A stretch of 64,000 bases of DNA from an uncultured Lachnospiraceae bacterium. GTDB lineage: Bacteria; Bacillota; Clostridia; Lachnospirales; Lachnospiraceae. The notes under the pieces were generated by a model. The model searched no databases, had not been told where the DNA came from, and saw nothing but the letters and a program-made list of their open reading frames with translations. Location of the stretch: the NCBI GenBank assembly GCA_947167135.1, contig CAMVGV010000010.1, forward strand, positions 2,237 to 66,236, read 5' to 3'. Positions within the stretch are counted from its first letter, which is position 1; each line of letters opens with the position of its first letter. Of the stretch, positions 40,173-49,339 are shown in pieces. The translations under genes were made by a program, and so were the position numbers.

Positions 40173-40976
40173 ATGAAAATAGAAAAGGTCAATGATAAAA
40201 CGATCCGATGCACTCTTACAAAGAACGACCTCACAGAAAGAAAGATAAAGCTCAGCGAGCTGGCTTACGGCACGGAGAAGGCCCGGGGCTTTTTTAAGGA
40301 TATGATACAGCAGGCAAGCTATCAGTTCGGCTTTGAAGCGGAGGATATCCCGCTGATGATAGAGGCCATTCCCCTTTCCGGAGAAGCTATCGTCCTTGTC
40401 ATCACAAAAGTTGAGGATCCTGAGGAGCTGGATACCAGGTTCTCGAGATTCGCTCCGGATCTCAAGGATGACAACTATACCAATGACGAATCGGTGAGCG
40501 CTGTGTCAAATTACGGGGCGGATGATGTGATCGACCTAGTGAAAAAGCTCCACGATACCATTCAGAATGCAAATAAGGTTCTGAAGGGCGACCAGCATCT
40601 TCTGCAGGATGTGTCCACTGCGGAGAGCGTTCCCGATACTGCCGCCCGTGAAGAAAATAATATCCAGATAACTGTTCCCGTGGACATTGTGAAACTCTAC
40701 GCTTTCAGGAATATGGATATGCTGATAGACCTTGCCCATATATTAAAGGGGCTTTACGACGGACAGAATACCCTGTACAAAGAAGAATCCGATGACAGGT
40801 ATTATCTGATAATCAGAAAATCGTCACTGTCACCGGAAACTTTCAATAAGGTCTGCAATATAATCACCGAATATGCCGCTGTTGAGACCTATAATCCCTC
40901 CGTTCAGGCATACTTTGATGAGCACGTCACCCCGATAATCAGCAATAACGCACTTCAGATGCTTGCTGAGATCTGA
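40173..40976 (+). CDS. mecA: Adaptor protein MecA
   Basis: MKIEKVNDKTIRCTLTKNDLTERKIKLSELAYGTEKARGFFKDMIQQA... is the MecA N-domain signature. The start at 40173 lies 7 nt after AGGTG. Confidence 0.88.
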   Translation: MKIEKVNDKTIRCTLTKNDLTERKIKLSELAYGTEKARGFFKDMIQQASYQFGFEAEDIPLMIEAIPLSGEAIVLVITKVEDPEELDTRFSRFAPDLKDDNYTNDESVSAVSNYGADDVIDLVKKLHDTIQNANKVLKGDQHLLQDVSTAESVPDTAAREENNIQITVPVDIVKLYAFRNMDMLIDLAHILKGLYDGQNTLYKEESDDRYYLIIRKSSLSPETFNKVCNIITEYAAVETYNPSVQAYFDEHVTPIISNNALQMLAEI

Positions 40977-41177
40977 TCAGGCCTGATTCAGCTTTTCCAC
41001 CAGCTCATTGGGATCCATACCGTGTACTATGGCTGCTTCCTCAATAGTCTCTCTGGCTGAAGAGGGACAGCCTATGCAGTGCATACCTATCTCCATAAGT
41101 ACCGGAACCGCACCCGGCTTTATCGAAAGAAGATCCCCTATTGTGGTATCCTTTGTGATCGTATCCATTGTTTCCAT
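40977..41177 (-). CDS. DUF1858 domain protein (hybrid-cluster-protein-associated redox disulfide domain)
   Basis: 66 aa. TIGDLL...MHCIGCPSSARETIEEAAIVHGMDPNELVEKLN matches the DUF1858 pattern with its CxxC. Confidence 0.75.
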   Translation of the reverse strand: METMDTITKDTTIGDLLSIKPGAVPVLMEIGMHCIGCPSSARETIEEAAIVHGMDPNELVEKLNQA

Positions 41178-41200
41178 TATTCTTTCCTCCTTTATTTATG

Positions 41201-42463
41201 TCATCGCATCAGTGTACTCTTTACCTTTTCGTACCTGACCTTCAGTTCCTTGAACATCGAAAGCATTTCTTCCGCCTTGTTCTTTGCAACAGACATTATA
41301 TTATCATAATCATTGACAAAGGTCATCACCACTTCCCTGTCAAATTTATTATGATCCATTTCGTCCTGCAGTATCCTTATGACTGCTTCCTTGTTTTTTG
41401 CGGGATGATAGGCTCTTTCGCAGGTAAGCGCCGTTATGGTATCCGCAACCTGCAGCACCTTCTGTCCCCTCGTCATCTCGTCGACCCTCCAGCCGTACGG
41501 ATACCCGCTACCGTCCAGTCTTTCGTGATGTCCCAGGGCTATCTTCAATATGTTCTCACTGACCCTGTCCTTTAAGATCTGCTCGAGTGTGGAGACGTGC
41601 TCCCTTACCTTTGCCATTTCCTCATTGGTAAGTCTTCTGGGTGCGGAAATAATATCCTCCGGAACCACAAGCATACCCACATCATGCAGCGCACTGCCGA
41701 GGAAAAGCTCCTTCATCTCCCCCTCATCGAATTTCTCCATCCTCCCGGCTATCTCCGATGCTACCATTGTGCAAGTCATGGTATTTATTACATTATACTC
41801 ATCATTAAAGCCTGAAATATAGATGAGCATACGGATATAGATCTGCTTTTCCTTCTCAGAGAACAGCAGTCCCTTCCACAGGTTGTTCAGTTCTTCCTTG
41901 TAGGAGCCGTCCCGGAATTTCTGTTCGATATCAAATTTGACCAGTGCACCCTCGAGTAATTCTATATTTTTCGAGGTGAATTTCTTCCCCTCATAAGCCC
42001 GCAGATTCTGTATACCGAATCTGTCCCCAAGGGAATTGTGGAAAAGGTCATATCTGCCTGCCAGATGGATAAACTCGGACACTTCCTTTCCCTCAAATTC
42101 CACGTCCTTAAGCTGGGAAGCGTCAATATGGCTGTACATCAGCATCTTCGAACGCTCCTCTATGGGAGAGGTATATTTCATAAAAAGATAGCCGTAAATA
42201 GAGTGCTTCATAGGATGTGCCACATCAAAATCAAGCACGTCCCTGCCTCTCTCAACCTTAAAGGCCCCGATATCATGGAGTGCCGCGATGAAGGCATACT
42301 CGGCCAGCTCATATTCCTCGTATCCGCCCTTATGCTCCATCATACGCCATATCAGATAAGCGACCCTCTCTCCATGATCGATAAGGCGCTTGTCAACAAG
42401 CCTCAGCGCCTCCAGGATGATCCTGCATATGTCCTTACTGGAAATATTGTCTTTATTGTTCAT
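41201..42463 (-). CDS. HD-GYP domain protein (probable c-di-GMP phosphodiesterase), tandem HD domains, no REC
   Basis: The C-terminal domain has HDVGM...HHERLDGSGYPYG (HD-GYP signature). The N-terminal half has a second degenerate HD (ALHDIGAF). Its start overlaps the HK stop (ATGA). Confidence 0.85.
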   Translation of the reverse strand: MNNKDNISSKDICRIILEALRLVDKRLIDHGERVAYLIWRMMEHKGGYEEYELAEYAFIAALHDIGAFKVERGRDVLDFDVAHPMKHSIYGYLFMKYTSPIEERSKMLMYSHIDASQLKDVEFEGKEVSEFIHLAGRYDLFHNSLGDRFGIQNLRAYEGKKFTSKNIELLEGALVKFDIEQKFRDGSYKEELNNLWKGLLFSEKEKQIYIRMLIYISGFNDEYNVINTMTCTMVASEIAGRMEKFDEGEMKELFLGSALHDVGMLVVPEDIISAPRRLTNEEMAKVREHVSTLEQILKDRVSENILKIALGHHERLDGSGYPYGWRVDEMTRGQKVLQVADTITALTCERAYHPAKNKEAVIRILQDEMDHNKFDREVVMTFVNDYDNIMSVAKNKAEEMLSMFKELKVRYEKVKSTLMR

Positions 42464-44784
42464 TTCAGCCTTTCAAATCCCAAAATAACCTTAAACAGAT
42501 CGCCGTCCAGGTCGATCGTGAATTCTCCGTTCTGCAGCTCCGTCAGACTCTCCGCGATGGAAAGTCCGAGACCGCTGCCTTCCGTGGAACGGCTGACATC
42601 TCCTCTTATGAATCTCTCGGTAAGCTCGGAGGCATCGATATTCAGTGCCTGTCTGGAAATATTTTTCAGCGTGAACTCAGCCTTTGCATCGCTTGCCCTG
42701 AGATCCGCGTAAACCCTTGTGTCCGGCATTGCGTATTTGGCCACATTTCCGTAGATATTATCAAGTACCCTGAAAAGCCTGCGGCCGTCAGCATAAATAT
42801 AAACCTCTTCATCTGGAACGTCCGTAACAAGGGTAAGACCGGCCTCTTCAAATTTCTCGGCCACCTCCCCCTCCATCTGCGTGATCATCATTCCGAAGTC
42901 CAGCTTCACGGGCTCTATGGAAATATTGCCCGATGTGATCTTCGATGCCTCCACCAGATCCTCCGTAAGGGTTTTTAGCCTTAATGATTTCTGATCCAGT
43001 ACATCAATATATTCCCTTGCCTTTTCATCCTCTATATCCCTGCGTTTCAGGAGTCCCACATAGTTTATTATGGAGGTTAGCGGAGTCTTTATGTCATGGG
43101 AAACATTAGTGATAAGATCCGCCTTCAGCTTTTCCGTTTTGATCGAAGACTGCATGGCACTGGAAAGCCCGTCCTTCATAGAATTAATCGCTCTGCCCAG
43201 CTCTGCGTTCTCTCCGTTAAGCCCTGAAATATCCAGGTTTTCCGAAGTATTTCCTTTGCAGATCTCATTAACTGCCGCTAGGATCCTCCGCCGCTGGAAT
43301 GCGAAATTCAGAAGCAGTATGAAAATGACTGTATCCAGGCCTGCCAGAGCGATAAAATAGCTGTTATTGTAGTTGCTCGTCCCCATATAAAACAGGAAAA
43401 GGTTTAATCCGATGATAAACCCAAACATGACCACCGTTCTGAGGATCACGAATAATGCGGAGGATTGTCCCCGTGCGCCGGATGAAATATACTCAACCTT
43501 CTGCAGGATATAGTTTGTGAGGCTGTCCCTGTATAGCGTCCCGGCCTTTATCCTTCTGACCAGGCTGAAGTATCCCGTAAGAAAGAAGAGATTCAGGATC
43601 GCAGTCCCTGCACCCGCCATACAAAGTGCCTCTATCTCCACGTTTCTGAGCTCATAGGTTTTGTCCGCAAAGAACAGCAGCCCCTGTATTCCCACAATGG
43701 CAAAAAAGGCTCCCGCTATTTCGGTCTTTATCCTGTCAAAGCCTACGGTCTCGCTTCTCGTTGCCAGAGTCAGCGCCGCCAGACAGAGAAAGGCTCCTAT
43801 CAGGAATATCACGGCTCCTATGGTTGCCGCCTGCATTACGGGGCGGTAGCGGTAATATTCATCCCTTGCGGCACTTATGGAGTCCGTCACGGGATAATCC
43901 GTATCCACCGCAAATTCCAGATAATAATTACCCTCGAAGCTGTCCCTGTATGCCGTCATCAAATTAAAGAGATAACTGTCCGTCACAAACATATTGCTCT
44001 CATACTCCAGCTTCCTTGAATCCAGTATGAGATACTGCCTGTAGGTTTTTATGGTATCGTCTTCCTTAAAGACCGCAGTGTCGATATTCGAACAGATATT
44101 TGCATTGGCATAATCTGTGAGGAAGAAGCGCACATTCGTATTGTCGCTCCGAAGCTCAACCCCGAGCTCCTTGTAATCCTGGTAGTCCTCCTGTATTTTC
44201 ACCAGAGCCTGTTCCAGAAGCTTCAGCAGATCCTCGTCACTGTACTTATCATTTGAATAGTCAAATAATGATCTTCCGTGAGCCGGGAAGTACTCTTCAT
44301 CAAGCTCTATGGTTACACCCTCCGAGTCGCTTAAACTTCCCTCTTTATAGGAGGAAGGCATCTCCGCATTGGCGGCTATAGCATCCCGGTCCTCCCGGTA
44401 TTTATATTTCAGTCCCTTGCGGCTCCAGTGAATAAGATCGGAAAGCTTGTAGCCCACACTTCTGCTCTGCTGGCCGGAGATCCTGCCGTCCTCCACGTAT
44501 TCTGCCAGATCCACTATCTTCCTGCCGTAGAATTCCCCGTTTCTCTCAAAATTGCTCTTCAGCTTGGAGCTCTCCACGATCTCAGCTATCCTGTCCGCCA
44601 CCATACTCCGGAACAGATCCGAGCGCTCAAAAACAGCGGTACGGTTAATGATACTGATATTATTATCCATCCTGGTAACGGAGACCGCCGCAACCGTGAG
44701 ACAGAGGACAGCCATAATGACCAGAAGCTCCTCCACCAGGACAAGAAAAGCCTTTCTGCCGTTGGAAAAGATCTTATCCTTCAC
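42460..44784 (-). CDS. Sensor histidine kinase with large extracytoplasmic domain and multi-TM region
   Basis: HisKA H-box NVSHDIKTPLTSI. The HATPase N and G boxes (NIYGNVAKYA; EGSGLGLSIA). An N-terminal TM, an external domain of about 300 aa and about 6 TMs. Confidence 0.9.
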   Translation of the reverse strand: MKDKIFSNGRKAFLVLVEELLVIMAVLCLTVAAVSVTRMDNNISIINRTAVFERSDLFRSMVADRIAEIVESSKLKSNFERNGEFYGRKIVDLAEYVEDGRISGQQSRSVGYKLSDLIHWSRKGLKYKYREDRDAIAANAEMPSSYKEGSLSDSEGVTIELDEEYFPAHGRSLFDYSNDKYSDEDLLKLLEQALVKIQEDYQDYKELGVELRSDNTNVRFFLTDYANANICSNIDTAVFKEDDTIKTYRQYLILDSRKLEYESNMFVTDSYLFNLMTAYRDSFEGNYYLEFAVDTDYPVTDSISAARDEYYRYRPVMQAATIGAVIFLIGAFLCLAALTLATRSETVGFDRIKTEIAGAFFAIVGIQGLLFFADKTYELRNVEIEALCMAGAGTAILNLFFLTGYFSLVRRIKAGTLYRDSLTNYILQKVEYISSGARGQSSALFVILRTVVMFGFIIGLNLFLFYMGTSNYNNSYFIALAGLDTVIFILLLNFAFQRRRILAAVNEICKGNTSENLDISGLNGENAELGRAINSMKDGLSSAMQSSIKTEKLKADLITNVSHDIKTPLTSIINYVGLLKRRDIEDEKAREYIDVLDQKSLRLKTLTEDLVEASKITSGNISIEPVKLDFGMMITQMEGEVAEKFEEAGLTLVTDVPDEEVYIYADGRRLFRVLDNIYGNVAKYAMPDTRVYADLRASDAKAEFTLKNISRQALNIDASELTERFIRGDVSRSTEGSGLGLSIAESLTELQNGEFTIDLDGDLFKVILGFERLK

Positions 44785-45470
44785 TGCTTCTCAACCTTAT
44801 ATCCGACTCCCCATACCACCTTCAGGTATTTGGGCTCCTTCGGATTTATCTCTATCTTTTCCCTTATATGCCTTATATGCACGGCAACCGTATTGTCCGC
44901 GCCTATGGCATCTTCATTCCAGATGCTCTCGTAAATCTGGTTTATGGAAAAAACCTTCCCCGCATTCTTCACCAAAAGCAGCAGGATATTGTATTCAATA
45001 GGGGTAAGCTTTACAGCCTCCCCGTCAACAGTCACAGTCTTATCTGTGTCATTTATGGAAAGTCCGCCCACACTGAAAATGTCCGATCCGTCCTCCGCAA
45101 GGGTGCCGAGCTTCGTGTAGCGGCGAAGCTGGCTTTTCACCCTGGCTACCAGCTCCAGTGGATTAAAGGGCTTCGGGAGGTAGTCGTCAGCACCCACGTT
45201 AAGCCCCAGTATCTTATCCGTATCCTCGGTCTTTGCGGAAAGCATTATCACCGGGATCGAGCTGGTCTTCCTGAGCTCAAGGACCGTATGTATCCCGTCC
45301 AGTACCGGCATCATCACATCTATAATGAGGAGCTGGATATCGTTATTCTTTATGATGTCCAAAGCCTGCTGACCGTCGTAAGCCTTGAAAACATCATATC
45401 CCTCCTGGGTCAGATAGATATCGACCGCTTCCACTATTTCCCTGTCATCATCACACACTAATATATTCAC
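44781..45470 (-). CDS. OmpR-family response regulator
   Basis: A REC domain (ILVCDDD...DVMMPVLDG...SAKTED) plus a winged-helix domain (LTPIEYNILLLL...IRHIREKIE). I prefer the GTG start at 45470, which has a GGAGG SD 6 nt upstream, over the track start at 45524. Confidence 0.9.
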   Translation of the reverse strand: MNILVCDDDREIVEAVDIYLTQEGYDVFKAYDGQQALDIIKNNDIQLLIIDVMMPVLDGIHTVLELRKTSSIPVIMLSAKTEDTDKILGLNVGADDYLPKPFNPLELVARVKSQLRRYTKLGTLAEDGSDIFSVGGLSINDTDKTVTVDGEAVKLTPIEYNILLLLVKNAGKVFSINQIYESIWNEDAIGADNTVAVHIRHIREKIEINPKEPKYLKVVWGVGYKVEKQ

Positions 45471-45495
45471 ACTTTTCCTCCCGGATATCTGCAGT

Positions 45496-46038
45496 TTATC
45501 CGCTAGTATGCCCCTGGTTTTCATACGTCACTTGCGGTTCCGCAAGTGACTGTTCTGAATAGTTACTTCCGCTCTTCTTAAGAGAATGCCTCATGGGCGT
45601 ATAGGTTATGCCGTCGCTCTCACGGGCGGGACCCGTTTCACGAAAACCGTATTTCCGGTAAAAATCCACCGCATAGGGTGACGAATTGACCGTGATCTCC
45701 TCCTGATCCTCATACTCTGCGCAGTAACCGCAGAGATAATTTAAAAGAGACGTCCCGATCCCTCTTTTCTGGTACCTCCTGTTGACAAACAGAAGGGAAA
45801 TATGATTGGAATTTCTGATGGACGCTACGCCCTCTATCCTGTCATCCTCGAAATACCCGATAACCCTGTAGTAGCCGTTTAAGTACATTTTGTACAGCGT
45901 TTCGTCGGTAAGGAACTTCCTGAAATTATTGATCCCCTCCATCCCGTAATCCGGGGCGTCAAATTCGAGAAAGGTCTTCCATACGGTCTCCATCGCATCG
46001 GGATATTCAGATTCTTTAACCTCTCTTATCCAGCCCAT
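45496..46038 (-). CDS. GNAT family N-acetyltransferase
   Basis: The acetyl-CoA-binding motif RRYQKRGIGTSLL, and about 180 aa in length. Confidence 0.8.
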   Translation of the reverse strand: MGWIREVKESEYPDAMETVWKTFLEFDAPDYGMEGINNFRKFLTDETLYKMYLNGYYRVIGYFEDDRIEGVASIRNSNHISLLFVNRRYQKRGIGTSLLNYLCGYCAEYEDQEEITVNSSPYAVDFYRKYGFRETGPARESDGITYTPMRHSLKKSGSNYSEQSLAEPQVTYENQGHTSG

Positions 46039-46044
46039 TTCTGC

Positions 46045-46971
46045 TTAAGAATGCTTCTTCATAAAGTCCATTATGTCAAAAAAGACGTTGTATCTGTCCG
46101 CCTCGTGGAACAGCTCATGCCTGTCTCCGGGATAGATCTTACAGGACACATCAGAAAAGCCCAGCTCCTCATACTGACTGCGCAAACTCCGGATCGCTGC
46201 CCCGTTTTCTCCGACCGGATCCTTTTCCCCTGACATAAGGAAAACAGGCAGGCTCCTCGGGATCCTTGAGATCAGCTTTTTATCCTGCATACGAAGTATC
46301 AGCACCGAAAGCCAGTAATAACCGTTCAGCGTGAACTCCCTTCCGATAAGCGGATCCCGTGATGATTCCTCCCGTACTTCCCTCCTGCTGCATATCCACC
46401 CTAAGGGGCCGTCCTCCGGGAAAAGACCGGTATAGCGCCCCAGAGAAACCCTTGTACAGAAACTGTCTCTCTTATGCCATCCGCCGAAAAGAGCACTGAG
46501 CCTCACATACAAAAGCTGGATACGGATAATGAGGCTGTTGAAGCTCCCTGTTCCCATCAGGATAACTCCCTTTATCCCGCTTCCGTACATCTCCATATAG
46601 TTCCTTGCGATAAAGGAGCCCAGACTGTGACCCAGGAGAAAAACCGGTTTTCCGGGATACTCCTCCTCGATCATTTTCTTCAGCCTGTGCACATCCCTTA
46701 CGAGAACGGTGGCTCCGTCATTTTCCGCGAAATATCCGAATTCACCCTGATAATCTTTTGCAGTGTGTCCATGTCCCAAATGATCGGGACCCGCCACAAG
46801 ATATCCTTCGGAAGCAAAAAACTCACAAAGCTCCTTATAGCGCCCGATGTGCTCATTCATCCCATGTGCGATGATAAGGATCCCCTTTACTTCCTTTTCG
46901 GGAACGTACTTTTCGGCATATATGGTTGTTTCCTCATCCCTTGAGAGATAGGTCACGATTTCAGGCTTCAT
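46045..46971 (-). CDS. Alpha/beta hydrolase (lysophospholipase/monoacylglycerol lipase-like)
   Basis: An HG oxyanion motif (IAHGMNEH), the nucleophile elbow GHSLGS and a C-terminal DRHELFHE. Confidence 0.8.
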   Translation of the reverse strand: MKPEIVTYLSRDEETTIYAEKYVPEKEVKGILIIAHGMNEHIGRYKELCEFFASEGYLVAGPDHLGHGHTAKDYQGEFGYFAENDGATVLVRDVHRLKKMIEEEYPGKPVFLLGHSLGSFIARNYMEMYGSGIKGVILMGTGSFNSLIIRIQLLYVRLSALFGGWHKRDSFCTRVSLGRYTGLFPEDGPLGWICSRREVREESSRDPLIGREFTLNGYYWLSVLILRMQDKKLISRIPRSLPVFLMSGEKDPVGENGAAIRSLRSQYEELGFSDVSCKIYPGDRHELFHEADRYNVFFDIMDFMKKHS

Positions 46972-48957
46972 TTATGAGATCTCGGCTCCTGCGCCTATTT
47001 TGTCATCGGTGGTCATCAGGGCAAGATTGCCTTCCTTATCCTCTGCGCAGAGAAGCATTCCCTGTGATTCGAAGCCCGCCATCTTCCGGGGCGGAAGGTT
47101 TGTAATGGCCATAACCTTTTTCCCTATAAGCTTCTCCGGCTCGGGATAGTATTTCTTTATCCCGGAAAGGATCTGCCTCTCTTCACTGCCTATCCGCACC
47201 TTGAACTTAAGGAGCTTTTCGGACTTTTCCACTGCCTCCGCTTCTATTATCTCGCCTACCCGGAATTCATTCTTCAGAAAATCGTCAAATACGATATTTT
47301 CCTTATTCTGAGCCTTGTCGAAATCGAACGCGGGAGCCTCCGGAGCCTTTTTCTCTTGCTTTTTTTCAGCCTTTTTCGCAGGATAGAGCTTTTCTATCTC
47401 TTTAGCTATATCCTCATTCTTCACTCTCTGGAAAAGGGTCTCCGGATCCTCCGTAACCTTTGTTCCGCTCACAAAGCGTCCTGCTGTGTGAAGATCGTCA
47501 AATTCCGGAAGAGCCGTATTTAACTGCTTAAGTATCTTTTCCGCGGTCTCCGGAAGGAAGGGGCTTAACAGCGCTGTCCCGATAACTATTGAGTCCGCAA
47601 GATTATAGAGAACCGTGCTCAGACGATCCTTTTTCTCCTCATCCTTTCCGAGGATCCAGGGCTCTGTCTCATCAATATACTTATTGCAGCGCTTAAAGAG
47701 ATTAAAGATATGGGTAAGTGCATCCGCTACCCTTAAGCCCTCCATATCCTTTACGATCTGATCCCGGGTACCCAGCACGGTATTATGAAGATCATCATCC
47801 ACCTTTTCAGAAACACCCTTATTCTCTATTACTCCTCCGATATACTGATTACTCATTGAAATTGTGCGCTTGACCAGGTTCCCCAGAGTATTGGCGAGAT
47901 CCGAATTGAACCTCTCCACCATCAGATCCCAGGAAATCACACCGTCGGTCTCAAAGGGCATCTCATGAAGCACAAAATAGCGTACCGCATCCACTCCGAA
48001 GATCTTCGAAAGATCATCGGCGTAAAGCACGTTGCCCTTGGATTTACTCATCTTCCCGTCTTCCTGCAAAAGCCAGGGATGCCCGAATATCTGCTTCGGC
48101 AGAGGCTCTCCCATTGCCATAAGGAAGATAGGCCAGTATATCGTATGGAAGCGGATTATATCCTTTCCGATGAGGTGGAGATCCGCAGGCCAGTATTTCT
48201 TATACATCTCCGTATGGTTTCCGTCAGCGTCATAGCCTACGCCCGTAGCATAGTTTGCCAGGGCGTCAAGCCATACATAGACCACATGCTTCGGATCGAA
48301 GTCCACGGGGATCCCCCATTTGAAGCTGGTCCTCGAAACACAGAGATCCTGTAAGCCCGGCTTCAGGAAATTATTCATCATCTCATTCTTTCTCTGAACA
48401 GGCTGGATGAATTCGGGATGTGTCTCGATATGCTCTATCAGCCGGTCCGCGTACTTACTCATCTTGAAGAAGTATGCCTCTTCATGGGCAAGCTGAACAG
48501 GCCTTCCGCAGTCGGGACACTTGCCGTCCACAAGCTGTGCCTTTGTCCAGAAGGACTCACAGGGTGTGCAGTACATTCCCTCATAGGCACCCTTATAGAT
48601 ATCACCCTGATCGTAAAGCTTCTTAAAGATCTTCTGAACCTGCTTTTCATGATCCTCATCCGTGGTCCTGATGAAGCGGTCGTAGCTGGTATTCATGAGA
48701 TCCCAGATCCTTTTTATCTCCGAAGCGGTCCGGTCCACATATTCCTTTGGAGTGATACCTGCCTCCTTCGCCTTATTTTCTATTTTCTGACCATGCTCAT
48801 CCGTTCCCGTCTGGAACCTGACATCATAGCCCTGCTGTCTCTTGAAACGCGCAATGGCATCTGCCAGAACTATCTCATAGGTATTGCCGATATGCGGCTT
48901 TCCTGATGCATAGGCGATGGCTGTTGTAATATAATAGGGTTTTCCTTTTACTGACAT
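46972..48957 (-). CDS. metG: Methionine--tRNA ligase (with C-terminal EMAP/tRNA-binding domain)
   Basis: HIGN (HIGH-type) motif, KMSKS, a Zn knuckle CPDCG and a C-terminal domain ...ITNLPPRKMAGFESQGMLL. Confidence 0.95.
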   Translation of the reverse strand: MSVKGKPYYITTAIAYASGKPHIGNTYEIVLADAIARFKRQQGYDVRFQTGTDEHGQKIENKAKEAGITPKEYVDRTASEIKRIWDLMNTSYDRFIRTTDEDHEKQVQKIFKKLYDQGDIYKGAYEGMYCTPCESFWTKAQLVDGKCPDCGRPVQLAHEEAYFFKMSKYADRLIEHIETHPEFIQPVQRKNEMMNNFLKPGLQDLCVSRTSFKWGIPVDFDPKHVVYVWLDALANYATGVGYDADGNHTEMYKKYWPADLHLIGKDIIRFHTIYWPIFLMAMGEPLPKQIFGHPWLLQEDGKMSKSKGNVLYADDLSKIFGVDAVRYFVLHEMPFETDGVISWDLMVERFNSDLANTLGNLVKRTISMSNQYIGGVIENKGVSEKVDDDLHNTVLGTRDQIVKDMEGLRVADALTHIFNLFKRCNKYIDETEPWILGKDEEKKDRLSTVLYNLADSIVIGTALLSPFLPETAEKILKQLNTALPEFDDLHTAGRFVSGTKVTEDPETLFQRVKNEDIAKEIEKLYPAKKAEKKQEKKAPEAPAFDFDKAQNKENIVFDDFLKNEFRVGEIIEAEAVEKSEKLLKFKVRIGSEERQILSGIKKYYPEPEKLIGKKVMAITNLPPRKMAGFESQGMLLCAEDKEGNLALMTTDDKIGAGAEIS

Positions 48958-49030
48958 AATGCTCCTCTTTCAGATTTTTCTACAATCTGTTTTAGTTTAT
49001 CACTTTTTGGGGTAAACGGGAAGAGTAGTT

Positions 49031-49329
49031 ACTTTGTCATCCTGAGGAGCAGCCTAATTTGTCATCCTGAGGAGCGGAGCCTAATTTGTCATCCTGAGGA
49101 GCAGCCTAATTTATCATCCTGAGGAGCGCAGCCTACTTTGTCATCCTGAGGAGCAGCCTACTTTGTCATCCTGAGGAGCAACCTAATTTGTCATCCTGAG
49201 GAGCGCAGCGACGAAGGATCTTTCCATCCGGCAGTAGAAGATCCTTCGCTTCGCTCAGGATGACAAGAATGAAAGCTCAGGATGACAAGAATGAAACGCT
49301 CAGGATGACATTGGCGCTCAGGATGACAT
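49031..49329. repeat. Large REP array: 7 direct TTTGTCATCCTGAGGAGC..GCCTAA units, a central hairpin of about 80 nt, then 4 inverted CTCAGGATGACA units
   Basis: Read directly. The left-arm period is 29-32 nt and the right-arm period about 18-24 nt. The central element lies at 49188-49268. The array fills the whole HK-metG intergenic gap. Confidence 0.9.
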
Positions 49330-49339
49330 TGATGAACTG

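Noticed and set aside
48958-49030. T-box riboswitch upstream of metG
   Set aside because: There is no T-box consensus, no specifier or antiterminator architecture that I can recognise, and too little unique sequence.
49031-49190. Possible CRISPR array (regularly spaced 18-nt repeats)
   Set aside because: The period is only about 30 nt. The 'spacers' are 11-13 nt and nearly identical to one another (GCCTAATT/GCCTACTT). No cas genes are present, and the repeat is the dispersed REP core. The 6075-6264 array has no spacers at all.
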